This document shows, in pieces, positions 33,825 through 44,071 of a stretch of 64,000 bases of DNA. Positions within the stretch are counted from its first letter, which is position 1, and every line of letters begins with the position of its first letter. This DNA comes from Nanobdellota archaeon (lineage in GTDB: Archaea; Nanobdellota; Nanobdellia; Pacearchaeales; GW2011-AR1). The translations under genes and the position numbers were made by a program. The DNA lies in contig DUKY01000013.1 in the NCBI GenBank assembly GCA_013329055.1, forward strand, positions 1,587 through 65,586, written 5' to 3'. The notes below the pieces were generated by a model. The model had not been told where the DNA came from. It ran no database searches and was given only the letters and a program-made list of their open reading frames with translations.

Positions 33825-34913
33825 ATGAGTTTTCAAAAAATACCGGAATTAAAACCATTATATTTGGAAAGAATAACGTCAATATTAAACAACAAAGAAG
33901 ATTTAAAGAAATATTTAGAAATCTTAAAAATTCAACCTGTTAAATCAATTAGATGTAATACATTAAAAATTTCAGTTGAAAAATTAAAAGAAGTTCTTGA
34001 AAAAAAAGGATGGGTTATATCTCAACCATGGAAAGACTTTCCTGAAGTAATGATTGTTGAAGGTAAACTTCAGGATTGTGGCATTACAGGAGGCTCAACA
34101 AAATGCCACCGTTCAGACCTTAGAGGAAGTTTGAAAGAAACCAGCGGGTGTCTTTCACCTGAAGTAATGATTGTTGAAAATCAATTAGAACCTGGAGAAT
34201 TAGGTCGGTCACTAGAACATTTATTAGGTTATTATTACATTCAGGAACTTTCAAGTATGTTGCCAGTAATTGCACTTCAACCAAAAGAAGGAGATATCAT
34301 TTTAGATTTATGTGCCGCACCGGGAAGTAAAACAACACAAAGTGCATCTTTAATGCAAAATAAAGGAACAATAATTGCAAATGAAGTAAATATGGGAAGA
34401 TTAATGGTTTTAGCATCAAATCTTGAAAGATGCGGAGTAACAAATACAATAATCTCAAGAAAAGATGGATCAGCATTATGCAAAAAATTCGCAAATGGAG
34501 AAATCAAATTTGACAAAATTTTAGTTGATGCACCATGTTCAGGAGAAGGAACATTAAGAAGTTCAAGACAAACTTATCTTATGTGGAATATAAAAACAAT
34601 CCAGCAATTATCAAAATTACAAAAACAATTATTCAAATCAGCATTCGAGATATTAAAAATAAATGGAGAAATGATTTATTCAACCTGCACTCATGCACCG
34701 GAAGAAAATGAAGAAATTGTTAGTTGGGCATTAGAGGAATTTAAAGACCAAATAAAAATTGAAAAAATTAATTTGCCAATAAAACCCAGACAAGGATTAA
34801 CAAAATGGGAAGATAAAGAATATTTCGAAGAAGTAAAATATAGTTGCAGAATTTATCCGCAGGATAACAATACAGAAGGATTTTTTCTTGCAAAATTCAA
34901 AAAAATAAAATGA
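33825..34913 (+). CDS. NOL1/NOP2/Sun-family RNA cytosine-C5 methyltransferase
   Basis: DLCAAPGSKT, ILVDAPCSGEGTLR and IYSTCT motifs. The start is trimmed to MSFQKIPEL (ATG 33825) because the upstream extension lies in repeat D. Confidence 0.85.
   Translation: MSFQKIPELKPLYLERITSILNNKEDLKKYLEILKIQPVKSIRCNTLKISVEKLKEVLEKKGWVISQPWKDFPEVMIVEGKLQDCGITGGSTKCHRSDLRGSLKETSGCLSPEVMIVENQLEPGELGRSLEHLLGYYYIQELSSMLPVIALQPKEGDIILDLCAAPGSKTTQSASLMQNKGTIIANEVNMGRLMVLASNLERCGVTNTIISRKDGSALCKKFANGEIKFDKILVDAPCSGEGTLRSSRQTYLMWNIKTIQQLSKLQKQLFKSAFEILKINGEMIYSTCTHAPEENEEIVSWALEEFKDQIKIEKINLPIKPRQGLTKWEDKEYFEEVKYSCRIYPQDNNTEGFFLAKFKKIK
34041..34178 (+). repeat. module A copy inserted in frame in the methyltransferase gene, flanked by a 21-bp direct duplication
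   Basis: cctgaagtaatgattgttgaa occurs at 34041-34061 and again at 34158-34178 (offset 117 nt, 39 codons; the protein shows PEVMIVE twice). Between them lie the hairpin gtggcatt/aatgccac (34078-34085/34102-34109) and ..aaagaaaccagcgggtgtctttca. Confidence 0.9.
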
Positions 34914-35509
34914 AAAAACAAATCATATACGGAATAGGACTTTTATTTTTAGCACTCGGAATATACTTTTCAATTTTCCAAAAACTGCCACACTTCTTTT
35001 CATTCTTTTCAATAGGACTATTTCTTATTACATATCAAATATATAACTCAATTGCAAAAGAAAAGTTATTTCACAAATGGAAAACAAAACAATATGCAAT
35101 ATTCTTTATAACATTATTAATTTCATGCGTAATCATTGACCATCTTGGTTTAGTTCTTAACTACTGGAATTATCAGTACTCAACACTATTTGATGAAATA
35201 ATAAAATATATCCTTGAATGGGAAATTCCATTAATTAGCACAATGATTCTCTTTATGATTGGAGAAGAGATATTTAAGAAAAAATTTTCAATCCTAACTT
35301 CCCAAACACTATCATTATTAACATTCATAATCATCCTAGGGATAATAATAGAATATCTAAATCACTTTGCAGATTCATGGATAATAACAAACATGCCATT
35401 TACAAATATTAAAATAGGAAATTACTTTTTAATATTTCAAACAATAGGATATTGGCTTATGGCAATTATTCCTTATACGATATATAAATTTACAGATAAA
35501 ATAAAATGA
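34910..35509 (+). CDS. membrane protein
   Basis: 199 aa, multi-TM, with an ATGA overlap with the upstream gene. Confidence 0.5.
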   Translation: MKKQIIYGIGLLFLALGIYFSIFQKLPHFFSFFSIGLFLITYQIYNSIAKEKLFHKWKTKQYAIFFITLLISCVIIDHLGLVLNYWNYQYSTLFDEIIKYILEWEIPLISTMILFMIGEEIFKKKFSILTSQTLSLLTFIIILGIIIEYLNHFADSWIITNMPFTNIKIGNYFLIFQTIGYWLMAIIPYTIYKFTDKIK

Positions 35510-35787
35510 AAAAACAAATAAAAAAAAATTCTTCAAAACCACTATCTAAAAAAAGTAAAACCCAAAAGATAATTTATAGAACACTAAAAATAATGTGGGG
35601 GATAATAGGAATATTAATCTTGTTCTGGACATCTTTTTGGTATATAAAAGTTCTAACAATCGGAGAATTAGGAGGAGTTATTGCAGGAACAATACTTTTT
35701 GCTTTAGGATTTTATTTATTAGGAATTTATATTGGAATAACATTATTATTTTTATTAATTAAATGGATTATCAAAAAATTAAAATGA
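35506..35787 (+). CDS. small membrane protein
   Basis: 93 aa with two TM helices and a 4-nt overlap with the upstream gene. Confidence 0.45.
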   Translation: MKKQIKKNSSKPLSKKSKTQKIIYRTLKIMWGIIGILILFWTSFWYIKVLTIGELGGVIAGTILFALGFYLLGIYIGITLLFLLIKWIIKKLK

Positions 35788-36266
35788 ATATTCACAAACA
35801 ATTTAAGATATTAAGTTTAAAAGAAAAAAAACAAATTGAAAATAAACTCAAAGAATCATTTGGGATAAAATCAATTTATGGAACACTTTTACAAAAAAGT
35901 GAAGAAAAAATATTTTTATTTCAGGGAAGTTTAACAATACCGGAATTACAAAGATTGGAAAGATTAATTCCAATTGAAAGAGCAGGAGTATATTTTGCTA
36001 AATTGCAAAAAGGAGAAATAAGATTAAGTATTGAAGGAACACAAATCCTCAAAGATCAAATAACAAAAAATATTTTTGAGCTTGATAAAAAACAAACAGA
36101 AATATGGATGATGGGAGAAGAATTAGATATTCAAACAGGAATGAAAGGATTTATCATTATAAAATATAAAGAGCATTTCTTAGGATGCGGTAAAGCATCA
36201 TTTGAAAAGATAAGTAATTTTATTCCAAAAAATAGACGATTGAAAAATAGAAATATTATCAAATGA
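35784..36266 (+). CDS. PUA-like RNA-binding domain protein (RsmF C-terminal/NIP7-like)
   Basis: ..AGVYFAKLQKGEIRLSIEGTQIL.. and ..GFIIIKYKEHFLGCGKASFEKISNFIPKNRRL.. resemble the pre-PUA/PUA module that normally accompanies Nop2/RsmF-type methyltransferases. The start is set at the ATGA overlap (MNIHKQF). Confidence 0.4.
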   Translation: MNIHKQFKILSLKEKKQIENKLKESFGIKSIYGTLLQKSEEKIFLFQGSLTIPELQRLERLIPIERAGVYFAKLQKGEIRLSIEGTQILKDQITKNIFELDKKQTEIWMMGEELDIQTGMKGFIIIKYKEHFLGCGKASFEKISNFIPKNRRLKNRNIIK

Positions 36267-36550
36267 GAAAAAAAATATTTTTAATCAGCACAGCCTTAAT
36301 GGTTGCAATAATTCTAATAATTATAATTTTTCAAATTATAACAGTTACACCAACAAGTTTAACAGAGATTCAAACAAAAAAATTTACTAAAGCAATTTGT
36401 AATGAAACAAACTTTTGTCAGGATTATGAAATAACCTGCGAAAGAAATAAAACAATAAAAATAAATCCCCTAGAAAATGCATCAGTACAATTTTCATCAG
36501 AATGGCAAGACCCGAGAAATCAAAAAGAAATTAATAAGTTATGCAACTAA
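36263..36550 (+). CDS. membrane-anchored small protein
   Basis: 95 aa with an N-terminal TM helix and a Cys-containing ectodomain. Confidence 0.4.
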   Translation: MRKKIFLISTALMVAIILIIIIFQIITVTPTSLTEIQTKKFTKAICNETNFCQDYEITCERNKTIKINPLENASVQFSSEWQDPRNQKEINKLCN

Positions 36551-37278
36551 ATAATCTTAATCACTAAATCATCAATAGAATTAATTTCTCTTTTCTTATC
36601 AAAATCAGCAATTGCAATTCTTCTAGGGATATTTGCAACAATATCATCTCTCCAATAAGAACAAGTAAAAAGAGTTAAAATTCTTTTATCAAAAGCAACA
36701 GGATTTTTTACTACTTGATGCCCACGAATTAAAATATTTTTATTTAATTGCCCCATAATCCTATCAAAATCAATTCTATTTAATTGAGGAACATTTTTAT
36801 TTAAAAAAGAATTATAATCACTACTTACAACAAAACCCCACAAAATTTTAGCCCAATTTTCATCACCAGAGGAGATATTATTTATTTCATCTAAATTTTT
36901 AATATCAGGTAAAGAACTATGTAAAGCTAAAATCTTACCTACAGAAAAAACCAAAGGAAAATCTTCAACAATTTTGGAATATTGTTTATAATCCTTAGAT
37001 TTTAATTCTGACCAAAAAAAATATTTTCTGGAAAAGTTCTTTGAAGGAATTTCATGATTCCCTCTTAAAAGATAAATCTTTTTAGGATTCTTTTCTCGTT
37101 CATTAAACAAAAAATCTAAATTTTCTTTGCTATGTAAACCCTTATCAACATAATCCCCTAAAAAAACTTTTATATCCTCAGGATAATTTTTAATCACATA
37201 TTTACTGGCATCTAAATCTCCGTGAGTATCTCCAACAAAAACAAATCTGCCTTCAGCATTACATTCAATAAAATTCAT
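36547..37278 (-). CDS. metallophosphoesterase (PPP-type Ser/Thr phosphatase-like)
   Basis: Contains the GDTHGD, GDYVDKG and LRGNHE motifs. Confidence 0.8.
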   Translation of the reverse strand: MNFIECNAEGRFVFVGDTHGDLDASKYVIKNYPEDIKVFLGDYVDKGLHSKENLDFLFNEREKNPKKIYLLRGNHEIPSKNFSRKYFFWSELKSKDYKQYSKIVEDFPLVFSVGKILALHSSLPDIKNLDEINNISSGDENWAKILWGFVVSSDYNSFLNKNVPQLNRIDFDRIMGQLNKNILIRGHQVVKNPVAFDKRILTLFTCSYWRDDIVANIPRRIAIADFDKKREINSIDDLVIKII

Positions 37279-37318
37279 AATAACCCAAAATAAAAAAGGT
37301 TTAAAAATATTTTCAAAA

Positions 37319-38893
37319 TTAAATTAATCTTTTTTTTAATTTAACAGATTCAATAGCTTGAATATTTACCGTTGGGATAAAAGCACTTGGAGCAATTTCC
37401 TGAGTCTGAATTCCTCCGGAAGAAGAACCGCAAATCCCATAAGTAGTAGCAAGCTTATTACTGGTAACAACAATCTGTTGCAATAATTCATATGCATTTC
37501 CAATAATCATAAAATTATGTATCGGTTCTTTTTTACCATCAGGAAATAACTTATATGCTTTACTTGGAAACATCCTAAATTCGCTAGTTTGAATATCAAC
37601 TTCACCATTACCGGCTTCAATATATAAAGCACATTCTTCATTAACTTTCTTGCAATGATTTTGAACAATTTGATCTAATTCTTTTTCTGAAACACAATTA
37701 GAACTAATTATCTCTAAATTACTAACCCTAGGTTCAGGGACAATAACTCCGGGATTCTCTTCAGATTGTCTACAAACCCATTCCATCCTTGAATGCCCAT
37801 TTGAATTCATACCAAAATAATTAGCTGAACCTCTGTCTAAAAGATAATTTTGCAAAACACCATTCTTAATCAAAACAGTTTTTTTTGATGCAACACCTTC
37901 ATCATCAAATAAATAAAATCCAAAAGAATCTTTAAGCTGAGGATTATCAATAATAGTCATAAATTCAGGAAGTACGAGTGACCCAATACGATTTTTGAAA
38001 ACCGTTGAAATTTTATTTTGAATATATCTTCCGGATAATAAATGTCCTCCAAGAGCCTCATGAATCATTGTTCCTAAAGCACTTCCCCCAAAAATAACAG
38101 GATACTGTTTACTCACAGGAACAGAAGCAACCTTTAATTCATTAACAGTCTCATAAAAATTCTGCATAACTGTTTTAAGTTTTTCCTGATCAACTTTATT
38201 AGTAAAAACATAATTATCAAAATGATTTAATAAAGAACCATCAGAATGATTAAATTTTCCCTCAAGACCAATAGTACCTAATTTACGAGATTCCCTTATT
38301 TTCCTTCCTTCACTATCAACAAATCTATTAGAACCATTAACAATATGAATAACCCCATCAGATTCATTTACAGTCCCGGAACTATACATCTCTTCAGTAA
38401 AATCTTTAACCATTTTCCTTACAGAATCATCAACTTTAAGACTACATGAACTTTTGCTTAAAAAAGTTTCAGGTGTTTCTTTCGAAAGTTTAACAAATAA
38501 ATCTTCATCATAAATTACATTCTTACCAACAGCAGTTAAATAAAAACTTATAGCAGATTTAGTTGCCAAATCTAAACTCTCCTGCATTAATTTTCCGAGT
38601 AAAGAAGCATCTTTTGGAAAAGAATCTCTTGCAGATCTTGCACAACCATAACCTTGTTTCTTATCACCAACCAAAGTAAAAATTGAAAAGCCGTTATTAA
38701 ATGAAATATTTGGTTTTTCGTCGGGAATGCCGTTCAAAAAACATTGCAATTCATCCCGTTCCTCTTTGTAAAGAATAGACAAATAATCTAAAGTAGTAGA
38801 AAGAGTCTTTCCAAAAACATTAATATTTAACTGGGCTTTCAACCATTTATCAACATTTTCCTCCATCACTTTTAAGAATTTATCTTCTTTCAT
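37319..38893 (-). CDS. TldD/PmbA-family metalloprotease
   Basis: 524 aa with ..GTMIHEALGGHLLSG.. and a C-terminal ..GSSSGGIQTQEIAPSAFI.. typical of the family. Confidence 0.65.
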   Translation of the reverse strand: MKEDKFLKVMEENVDKWLKAQLNINVFGKTLSTTLDYLSILYKEERDELQCFLNGIPDEKPNISFNNGFSIFTLVGDKKQGYGCARSARDSFPKDASLLGKLMQESLDLATKSAISFYLTAVGKNVIYDEDLFVKLSKETPETFLSKSSCSLKVDDSVRKMVKDFTEEMYSSGTVNESDGVIHIVNGSNRFVDSEGRKIRESRKLGTIGLEGKFNHSDGSLLNHFDNYVFTNKVDQEKLKTVMQNFYETVNELKVASVPVSKQYPVIFGGSALGTMIHEALGGHLLSGRYIQNKISTVFKNRIGSLVLPEFMTIIDNPQLKDSFGFYLFDDEGVASKKTVLIKNGVLQNYLLDRGSANYFGMNSNGHSRMEWVCRQSEENPGVIVPEPRVSNLEIISSNCVSEKELDQIVQNHCKKVNEECALYIEAGNGEVDIQTSEFRMFPSKAYKLFPDGKKEPIHNFMIIGNAYELLQQIVVTSNKLATTYGICGSSSGGIQTQEIAPSAFIPTVNIQAIESVKLKKRLI

Positions 38894-39018
38894 GATAAAA
38901 TCTCTATATTAACCTTATTTAAAAATTAGATATAAACAAAAATATCTATTTAAAAAAACCTATTTTGAAGGGGATTAATCTCGGATAAGCTTAAAAAGAA
39001 TATTGATAATCAATAAAT

Positions 39019-39897
39019 ATGAAAAACGATAAAATAAAGAAAGCAGGAAAAATAGCAAAAGAAGCCAAAGAATATGCAAAATCATTTATAAAAAAAGATA
39101 TGCCACTTTTAGAAATCGCAGAAAAAATTGAAAATAAAATTATGGAACTTGGAGGAAAAATGGCATTTCCAACAAATCTTAGTATAAACGAAATTGCAGC
39201 ACACTATACCCCAACATATAATGACGAAACAAAAGCTCACGGTCTTCTTAAAGTAGATTTGGGAGTGCATATTGACGGGTGGACAGCAGATACAGCATTT
39301 TCAATAGACTTAGAAAATTCAGAAGAAAACAAAAAATTAATAGAAGCAAGTAAAAAAGCATTAGACAATGCAATTAAAAAAGCTAAAGAAAATATTAGAA
39401 CTAGCGAGATTGGAAAAGCCATCTCGGAAACAATAGAATCATATGGATTTTCACCAATAATAAATCTTTCAGGTCATGAAATGAAACAATATGAACTACA
39501 TGCAGGAATCACAATTCCAAATTTTGATGACAACAAAAATACAATAATCACAAAAGGACTTTATGCAATTGAACCATTTGCTTCCACTGGAAATGGAAAA
39601 ATCCACGACGGAAAACTTTCAGAAATTTATATGGTTATCAATTCGAAAAATGTCAGAAGCCCAATTGCACGAGAAATGCTTGATTTTATTTTAGAGGAAT
39701 ATCAAACATTACCATTCTGTTCAAGATGGTTAGTAAAAAAATTCGGTACAAAAGCATTAATTGGGTTATCTCAATTAACACAAAACGAAAATCTTCATCG
39801 TTTTTCACAATTAGTTGAATCAAATGATGCAAAAGTTTCTCAGGCAGAAAATACAATATTAATTGATGAAAAAGAAGTGATTATTACAACAGAATAG
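39019..39897 (+). CDS. map: methionine aminopeptidase, type 2 (archaeal)
   Basis: 292 aa with FPTNLSINEIAAHYTP, VDLGVHIDGW.AD.A, LSGH and NTILI blocks. Confidence 0.9.
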   Translation: MKNDKIKKAGKIAKEAKEYAKSFIKKDMPLLEIAEKIENKIMELGGKMAFPTNLSINEIAAHYTPTYNDETKAHGLLKVDLGVHIDGWTADTAFSIDLENSEENKKLIEASKKALDNAIKKAKENIRTSEIGKAISETIESYGFSPIINLSGHEMKQYELHAGITIPNFDDNKNTIITKGLYAIEPFASTGNGKIHDGKLSEIYMVINSKNVRSPIAREMLDFILEEYQTLPFCSRWLVKKFGTKALIGLSQLTQNENLHRFSQLVESNDAKVSQAENTILIDEKEVIITTE

Positions 39898-39922
39898 AAT
39901 AATTTTAAGTCTAAAAAACAAT

Positions 39923-40112
39923 AAAAAAAGTGTGCTTAATAATAAAAATTTAATTTTTGATTAACTTATTGGAAATTCAAATATTCTTAAGGGCGGGTCT
40001 TCAAGCTTTAGCTTGAACTTGAAGCGAAAGTCTACATTTGCATTAATTCCAAAGGTAAAATTGAAAAAAGCAAGTGTGGACTTGAGTAGGGAATCTCAAA
40101 AATCTAAATTTT
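39923..40112 (+). repeat. composite repeat: J, then module D carrying a nested module C
   Basis: J is aaaaaaagtgtgcttaataataaaaatttaa. D is ttggaaattcaaatattcttaagggcggg-[ttcaagct-tt-agcttgaa]-cttgaag. C (cgaaagtctacatttgc..gcaagtgtggacttgagta, 40025-40088) is inserted before gggaatc. The flanking inverted repeat is aaaaatttaatttttga / tcaaaaatctaaatttt. Confidence 0.8.
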
Positions 40113-40190
40113 CATACGCTTTTTTCAAAGAAACCCAAATAAAAAATTCATAGAAAAAGTTAAGAATCTTATAAGTTTTTTAAAATAAAA

Positions 40191-40835
40191 ATGAAATTAA
40201 AAAATATAATACTTTCAACGCTTCTTGGAGCAAGCATTTTCCTGCCAAATAATTCTTTTTCAAAAAATTTAGAATATTCAAAAAAAATTCGAAATATGAA
40301 TTATGAAGAAGTCATAAAAGAAATAAAAACACCAAAAGAAGCAACAAAATATTTAACAGAATTTTTGTCATACAAAACTGACAAAGAACAATATGGAGAA
40401 AAAAATATTTATTTATCATTTAAACACATTCATAAAAATGAAATAGACGATTGCAACGGAGGAGCACTTACAGCAGCAGCGTTATTAAGTGATGATGGAT
40501 ATGAACCGTTAGTATTAACCATGTTAGAAAAAGGAGGAGAAAAACCAAATCCTTCAATGGGGCATATAATTTTTATTTACAAAAAAGAAAACAAATGGGG
40601 AACATTAGGGATAAATCCAAGTGATTGCCAAGAACCAAAATATTCTTCAATTGAAGAAATTGTCCAAAGATATAATTTTATTACATATTTTATAAAAAAT
40701 ATTAAAGAAGAATACCCTGATTATATTGATAATGATATTAATATGAGACAAAAACTTTTAGATACAGGTCAGCCAATAAAAACAAGTAATGAAAAAACAT
40801 TAGAAGAAAAGTTTTTTGGTTTTGGAATTAAATAA
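40191..40835 (+). CDS. secreted hypothetical protein (possibly a Cys-His hydrolase fold)
   Basis: Signal-peptide-like N-terminus. DDCNGGALTAAALL and MGHIIFIY could form a Cys/His pair, but this is speculative. Confidence 0.3.
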   Translation: MKLKNIILSTLLGASIFLPNNSFSKNLEYSKKIRNMNYEEVIKEIKTPKEATKYLTEFLSYKTDKEQYGEKNIYLSFKHIHKNEIDDCNGGALTAAALLSDDGYEPLVLTMLEKGGEKPNPSMGHIIFIYKKENKWGTLGINPSDCQEPKYSSIEEIVQRYNFITYFIKNIKEEYPDYIDNDINMRQKLLDTGQPIKTSNEKTLEEKFFGFGIK

Positions 40836-40839
40836 AAAA

Positions 40840-43074
40840 TTATTCTTCCTTCTTCACAACTTTTTTCTTTTTCTTAACCTTTTCTTTAGGAAGCATTTTC
40901 ATCAAATCATTCATATCAGGCATCTTAGGATTTTCAGACCTTGCAGGTTCTTTTTGCTTTTTTAATTCAGCAAATGCTTTCTTGAAATTTTCTCCATCAA
41001 CAATCATTTTAGACATATCTTTTAACAAATAATTTTTCTTAATAGCATTAATACCGGCATTACGAACTAAAGCCTCAATATCAGCACCACTCCAACCATC
41101 CATTTCCTTAAGCATACCATTAACATCTATATCTTTTGCTAAAGGCATATTACGAGTATGAACCTTGAAAATTTCTTCACGAGTTTCTAAATCTGGTAAA
41201 CCTAATTCAACATGTGAATCAATTCTTCCAGGACGCAAAATTGCAGGATCAATTAAATCTTTTCTATTAGTCGCCGCAATAATCATAACATTTTCTAACT
41301 CCTCAACACCATCAAGCTCAGTTAATAATTGGTTCACAACCTTCTCAACAGCATCATTGCCATTTCCACCACCACGAGGTTTTGAAATAGCATCAAACTC
41401 ATCAAAGAAAATAATTGAAGGGCTTACCTGTTTAGCTTTCTTAAAAATTTCACGAACATGCTTTTCACTTTCACCAACCCACTTGCTAATCAATTCTGGA
41501 CCCTTAACAGAAATAAAATTAGCATTCGCTTCTGTTGCAACAGCCTTAGCTAAAAGAGTTTTACCGGTTCCAGGAAGACCATAAAGTAATACACCCTTGC
41601 TAGGTTTAATACCCGCAGCACGATAAAGTTCAGGACGTAATAAAGGCAATTCAACTAACTCACGTAATTTATCCTTAGCTTCTTTAAGACCACCAACATC
41701 TGTCCAATGAACATTCGGTTTCTTGATTAAAACTTCCCTCATAGCAGAAGGCTCAATTTGTTTTAACGCCTCGATAAAATCATTTCTATAAACTTTAATT
41801 TTATCTAATTCTTCAGCAGGAAGTTTTTCATCCAAATTTTTAAATTTCTTTAAATTAGGCTTCAATGCTTTTAATGCAGCTTCCTTGCATAAAACTTCTA
41901 AATCAGCACCAACATAACCAATAGTCTTATTTGCCAATTCATCAAAATTAACATCATCCCCTAACGGCATGCCACGAGTATGAATCTGTAAAATTTCTTT
42001 TCTAGCATCTTCAGCAGGAGGATTAATTCTTAATTCCCTATCAAATCTTCCAGGACGCCTTAATGCAGGATCAATATCATCAGGCCGGTTTGTCGCAGCC
42101 ATCACAACAATTTGTCCCCTTGATTTTAAACCATCCATCAAAGTTAATAATTGAGCAACAATTCTTTTTTCAGTTTGATCTGTCCCCTCGCCACGTTTCG
42201 GAGCAATAGAATCAATTTCATCAATAAAAATTATTGAAGGAGCATTTTTATCAGCCTTCTCAAAAATTTCCCGAATATGTTTTTCACTTTCTCCATAATA
42301 CTTGCTCATAATTTCAGGACCGGCAATTGAATAAAATGAGGCATCAGTTTCAGTAGCAACAGCTCTGGCTAAAAGAGTTTTACCAGTACCAGGAGGACCG
42401 GTTAATAAAACACCCTTTGGAGCACCAATACCAAGCTTCTCAAAAATCTCAGGCTGTTTCATAGGTAATTCAACCATTTCACGAACTAATTCAATTTCAT
42501 CTTTTAATCCGCCAATATCTTCATAATAAATCCCAGGAGTTTCACTCTCACCGGAATAAACTTCTTCAGAAAGAATAAATTCAGTTAAAGGCGTAACAAC
42601 AACACTACCTTTAGGCTCAGTTTTTGAAACAATATATTTTAACTTATTTCCGCTAGCCAAAATAGTTAATTTTTGTTTAGTAGTCAATGGAAGATCTAAA
42701 AATTTAGAATGCAAATAACCACTTGATTCCTTACTTAATCTTATTTCTTGCAAAGGTGCCAAAGTAACATTTTTAGCTTCTTTAACAACTACTTTTTTAA
42801 TTTCAACTTCTTCCTCAATTGAAACACCAATATTACTTCGAACATTACCATCCAAACGAATTTTACCGATAGAATTATCCCCGCCAAGTGCACGAAGAAC
42901 TTTAACAACTAAAACATTTTTTCCTTTAAGTTCAACTAAATCACCGGGAACAAGCCCAATTTTTTCCATATCTTTTGAAGAAATTCTCGCAATACCTTTA
43001 TCAACATCTTCTTGTAAAGATTCGTAAACCTTCAAAAAATATTTCTCTTCTTTTGTATTTTTTTCATTTGTCAT
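40840..43074 (-). CDS. cdc48: CDC48/VCP-type AAA+ ATPase (paralog 1)
   Basis: 744 aa with the N-domain ([16 protein letters not shown]), two AAA modules (Walker A GPPGTGKT and GLPGTGKT) and SRH regions. Confidence 0.9.
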   Translation of the reverse strand: MTNEKNTKEEKYFLKVYESLQEDVDKGIARISSKDMEKIGLVPGDLVELKGKNVLVVKVLRALGGDNSIGKIRLDGNVRSNIGVSIEEEVEIKKVVVKEAKNVTLAPLQEIRLSKESSGYLHSKFLDLPLTTKQKLTILASGNKLKYIVSKTEPKGSVVVTPLTEFILSEEVYSGESETPGIYYEDIGGLKDEIELVREMVELPMKQPEIFEKLGIGAPKGVLLTGPPGTGKTLLARAVATETDASFYSIAGPEIMSKYYGESEKHIREIFEKADKNAPSIIFIDEIDSIAPKRGEGTDQTEKRIVAQLLTLMDGLKSRGQIVVMAATNRPDDIDPALRRPGRFDRELRINPPAEDARKEILQIHTRGMPLGDDVNFDELANKTIGYVGADLEVLCKEAALKALKPNLKKFKNLDEKLPAEELDKIKVYRNDFIEALKQIEPSAMREVLIKKPNVHWTDVGGLKEAKDKLRELVELPLLRPELYRAAGIKPSKGVLLYGLPGTGKTLLAKAVATEANANFISVKGPELISKWVGESEKHVREIFKKAKQVSPSIIFFDEFDAISKPRGGGNGNDAVEKVVNQLLTELDGVEELENVMIIAATNRKDLIDPAILRPGRIDSHVELGLPDLETREEIFKVHTRNMPLAKDIDVNGMLKEMDGWSGADIEALVRNAGINAIKKNYLLKDMSKMIVDGENFKKAFAELKKQKEPARSENPKMPDMNDLMKMLPKEKVKKKKKVVKKEE

Positions 43075-43472
43075 TTTCGTTTAAACTTAACCTCCAATAT
43101 ACCATTATTAAATGTCCAGCTTTCATTACCTTTAAATTTTACAGGGATTCTTTTGCTAAACGAAACACCCCTCGATAACTTATCTTTCAAATAACTTTTA
43201 ATGCCACTAGCATTTTTCTTTTGTGCAGAAACGTCTAATATATTTCCCTTCACATCTACTTTTACATCATCTTTTGAAAATCCTGAAAGTTCAAAAACAA
43301 AATAAATAGAATCATCTTCCTGAATATAATCAATTACTCTTTCTTCCATTTCAGAATTAACTACATTGCCTGAAGAACTAGTCCTAACTCTTGAACGATT
43401 TCCAAAAAACTCATTCATAATCTCTTCAAAAGGGTCTCTTCCTTCTTCTTCATCGTCATCAAAAAATCCCAT
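43071..43472 (-). CDS. small heat-shock protein (Hsp20/alpha-crystallin)
   Basis: 133 aa with ..FVFELSGFSKDDVKVDVKGNILDVSA.. and ..GILEVKF... It has an ATGA overlap with cdc48. Confidence 0.75.
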   Translation of the reverse strand: MGFFDDDEEEGRDPFEEIMNEFFGNRSRVRTSSSGNVVNSEMEERVIDYIQEDDSIYFVFELSGFSKDDVKVDVKGNILDVSAQKKNASGIKSYLKDKLSRGVSFSKRIPVKFKGNESWTFNNGILEVKFKRK

Positions 43473-43490
43473 TAATTATTAACTCCTTAT

Positions 43491-43526
43491 GTATACACAA
43501 AACGTATACACAGGTATTTATAAATT
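43491..43526 (-). promoter_or_regulatory. promoter with a GTGTATAC-N5-GTGTATAC direct-repeat operator
   Basis: Minus strand: TATA tttataaata (about 43517-43526), 5 nt, GTGTATAC (43511-43504), gtttt, GTGTATAC (43498-43491), 18 nt including aaggag, then ATG at 43472. Confidence 0.6.
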
Positions 43527-43590
43527 TTTCGCCGAATTAAAAGATATTTCTAAAAGAATTATTGCTTAGCAAATTCAAGTTAAAAAATTT

Positions 43591-43702
43591 GGGTTTTGTT
43601 AAATCTTAAAAACAATTTTAAAAAAACTTCAAAAGTATCGTCTTTTGAATGTCCCAGAAAATTTAATTCTACAAATTTTCTGAGGAAACCAGCAAGTTTT
43701 TA
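43591..43702 (+). repeat. mosaic repeat I-G-H plus a degenerate module A 3' end
   Basis: gggttttgttaaatcttaaaaacaatttt.. | cttcaaaag-tatcgt-cttttgaa | tgtcccagaaaattt-aattctac-aaattttctgagg | aaaccagcaagttttta. The final tta is the vapC stop codon on the minus strand. Confidence 0.75.
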
Positions 43703-44071
43703 CTTAACAAATTCCACATTATCCAAATCCCTAAATTCCTTATCTCCGGTTAAAAATTTAACCCCATGCATCTTTGCCAAAACATAACCAATGCAATCTA
43801 TATAAGACAATTTTCGTTTTTTATAAAATAATTTAAGTTCATTAGCTTTCTTAATTACATCATCAGAAATATCAACTGCAAAAGGCAACAAAAGAGAATA
43901 ATAAAAATCCGCCTCATTTTTGCTTAAATTTCTTAACAAAATATAATGCAACTCCATAAGATTTAACCTTGTAGTTATCACCTTAACATCAGAGACATAA
44001 GAAAGATAATTTTTATTTTCCTTAACAATCTCAATAAAAGCATAAGTATCAAAAAAATAAGCTAATTCCAT
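43700..44071 (-). CDS. vapC: PIN-domain ribonuclease toxin
   Basis: 123 aa with N-terminal FFDTYAFIE (first PIN acidic residue) and a later D in FLTGDKEF. It overlaps the upstream antitoxin ORF. Confidence 0.7.
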   Translation of the reverse strand: MELAYFFDTYAFIEIVKENKNYLSYVSDVKVITTRLNLMELHYILLRNLSKNEADFYYSLLLPFAVDISDDVIKKANELKLFYKKRKLSYIDCIGYVLAKMHGVKFLTGDKEFRDLDNVEFVK

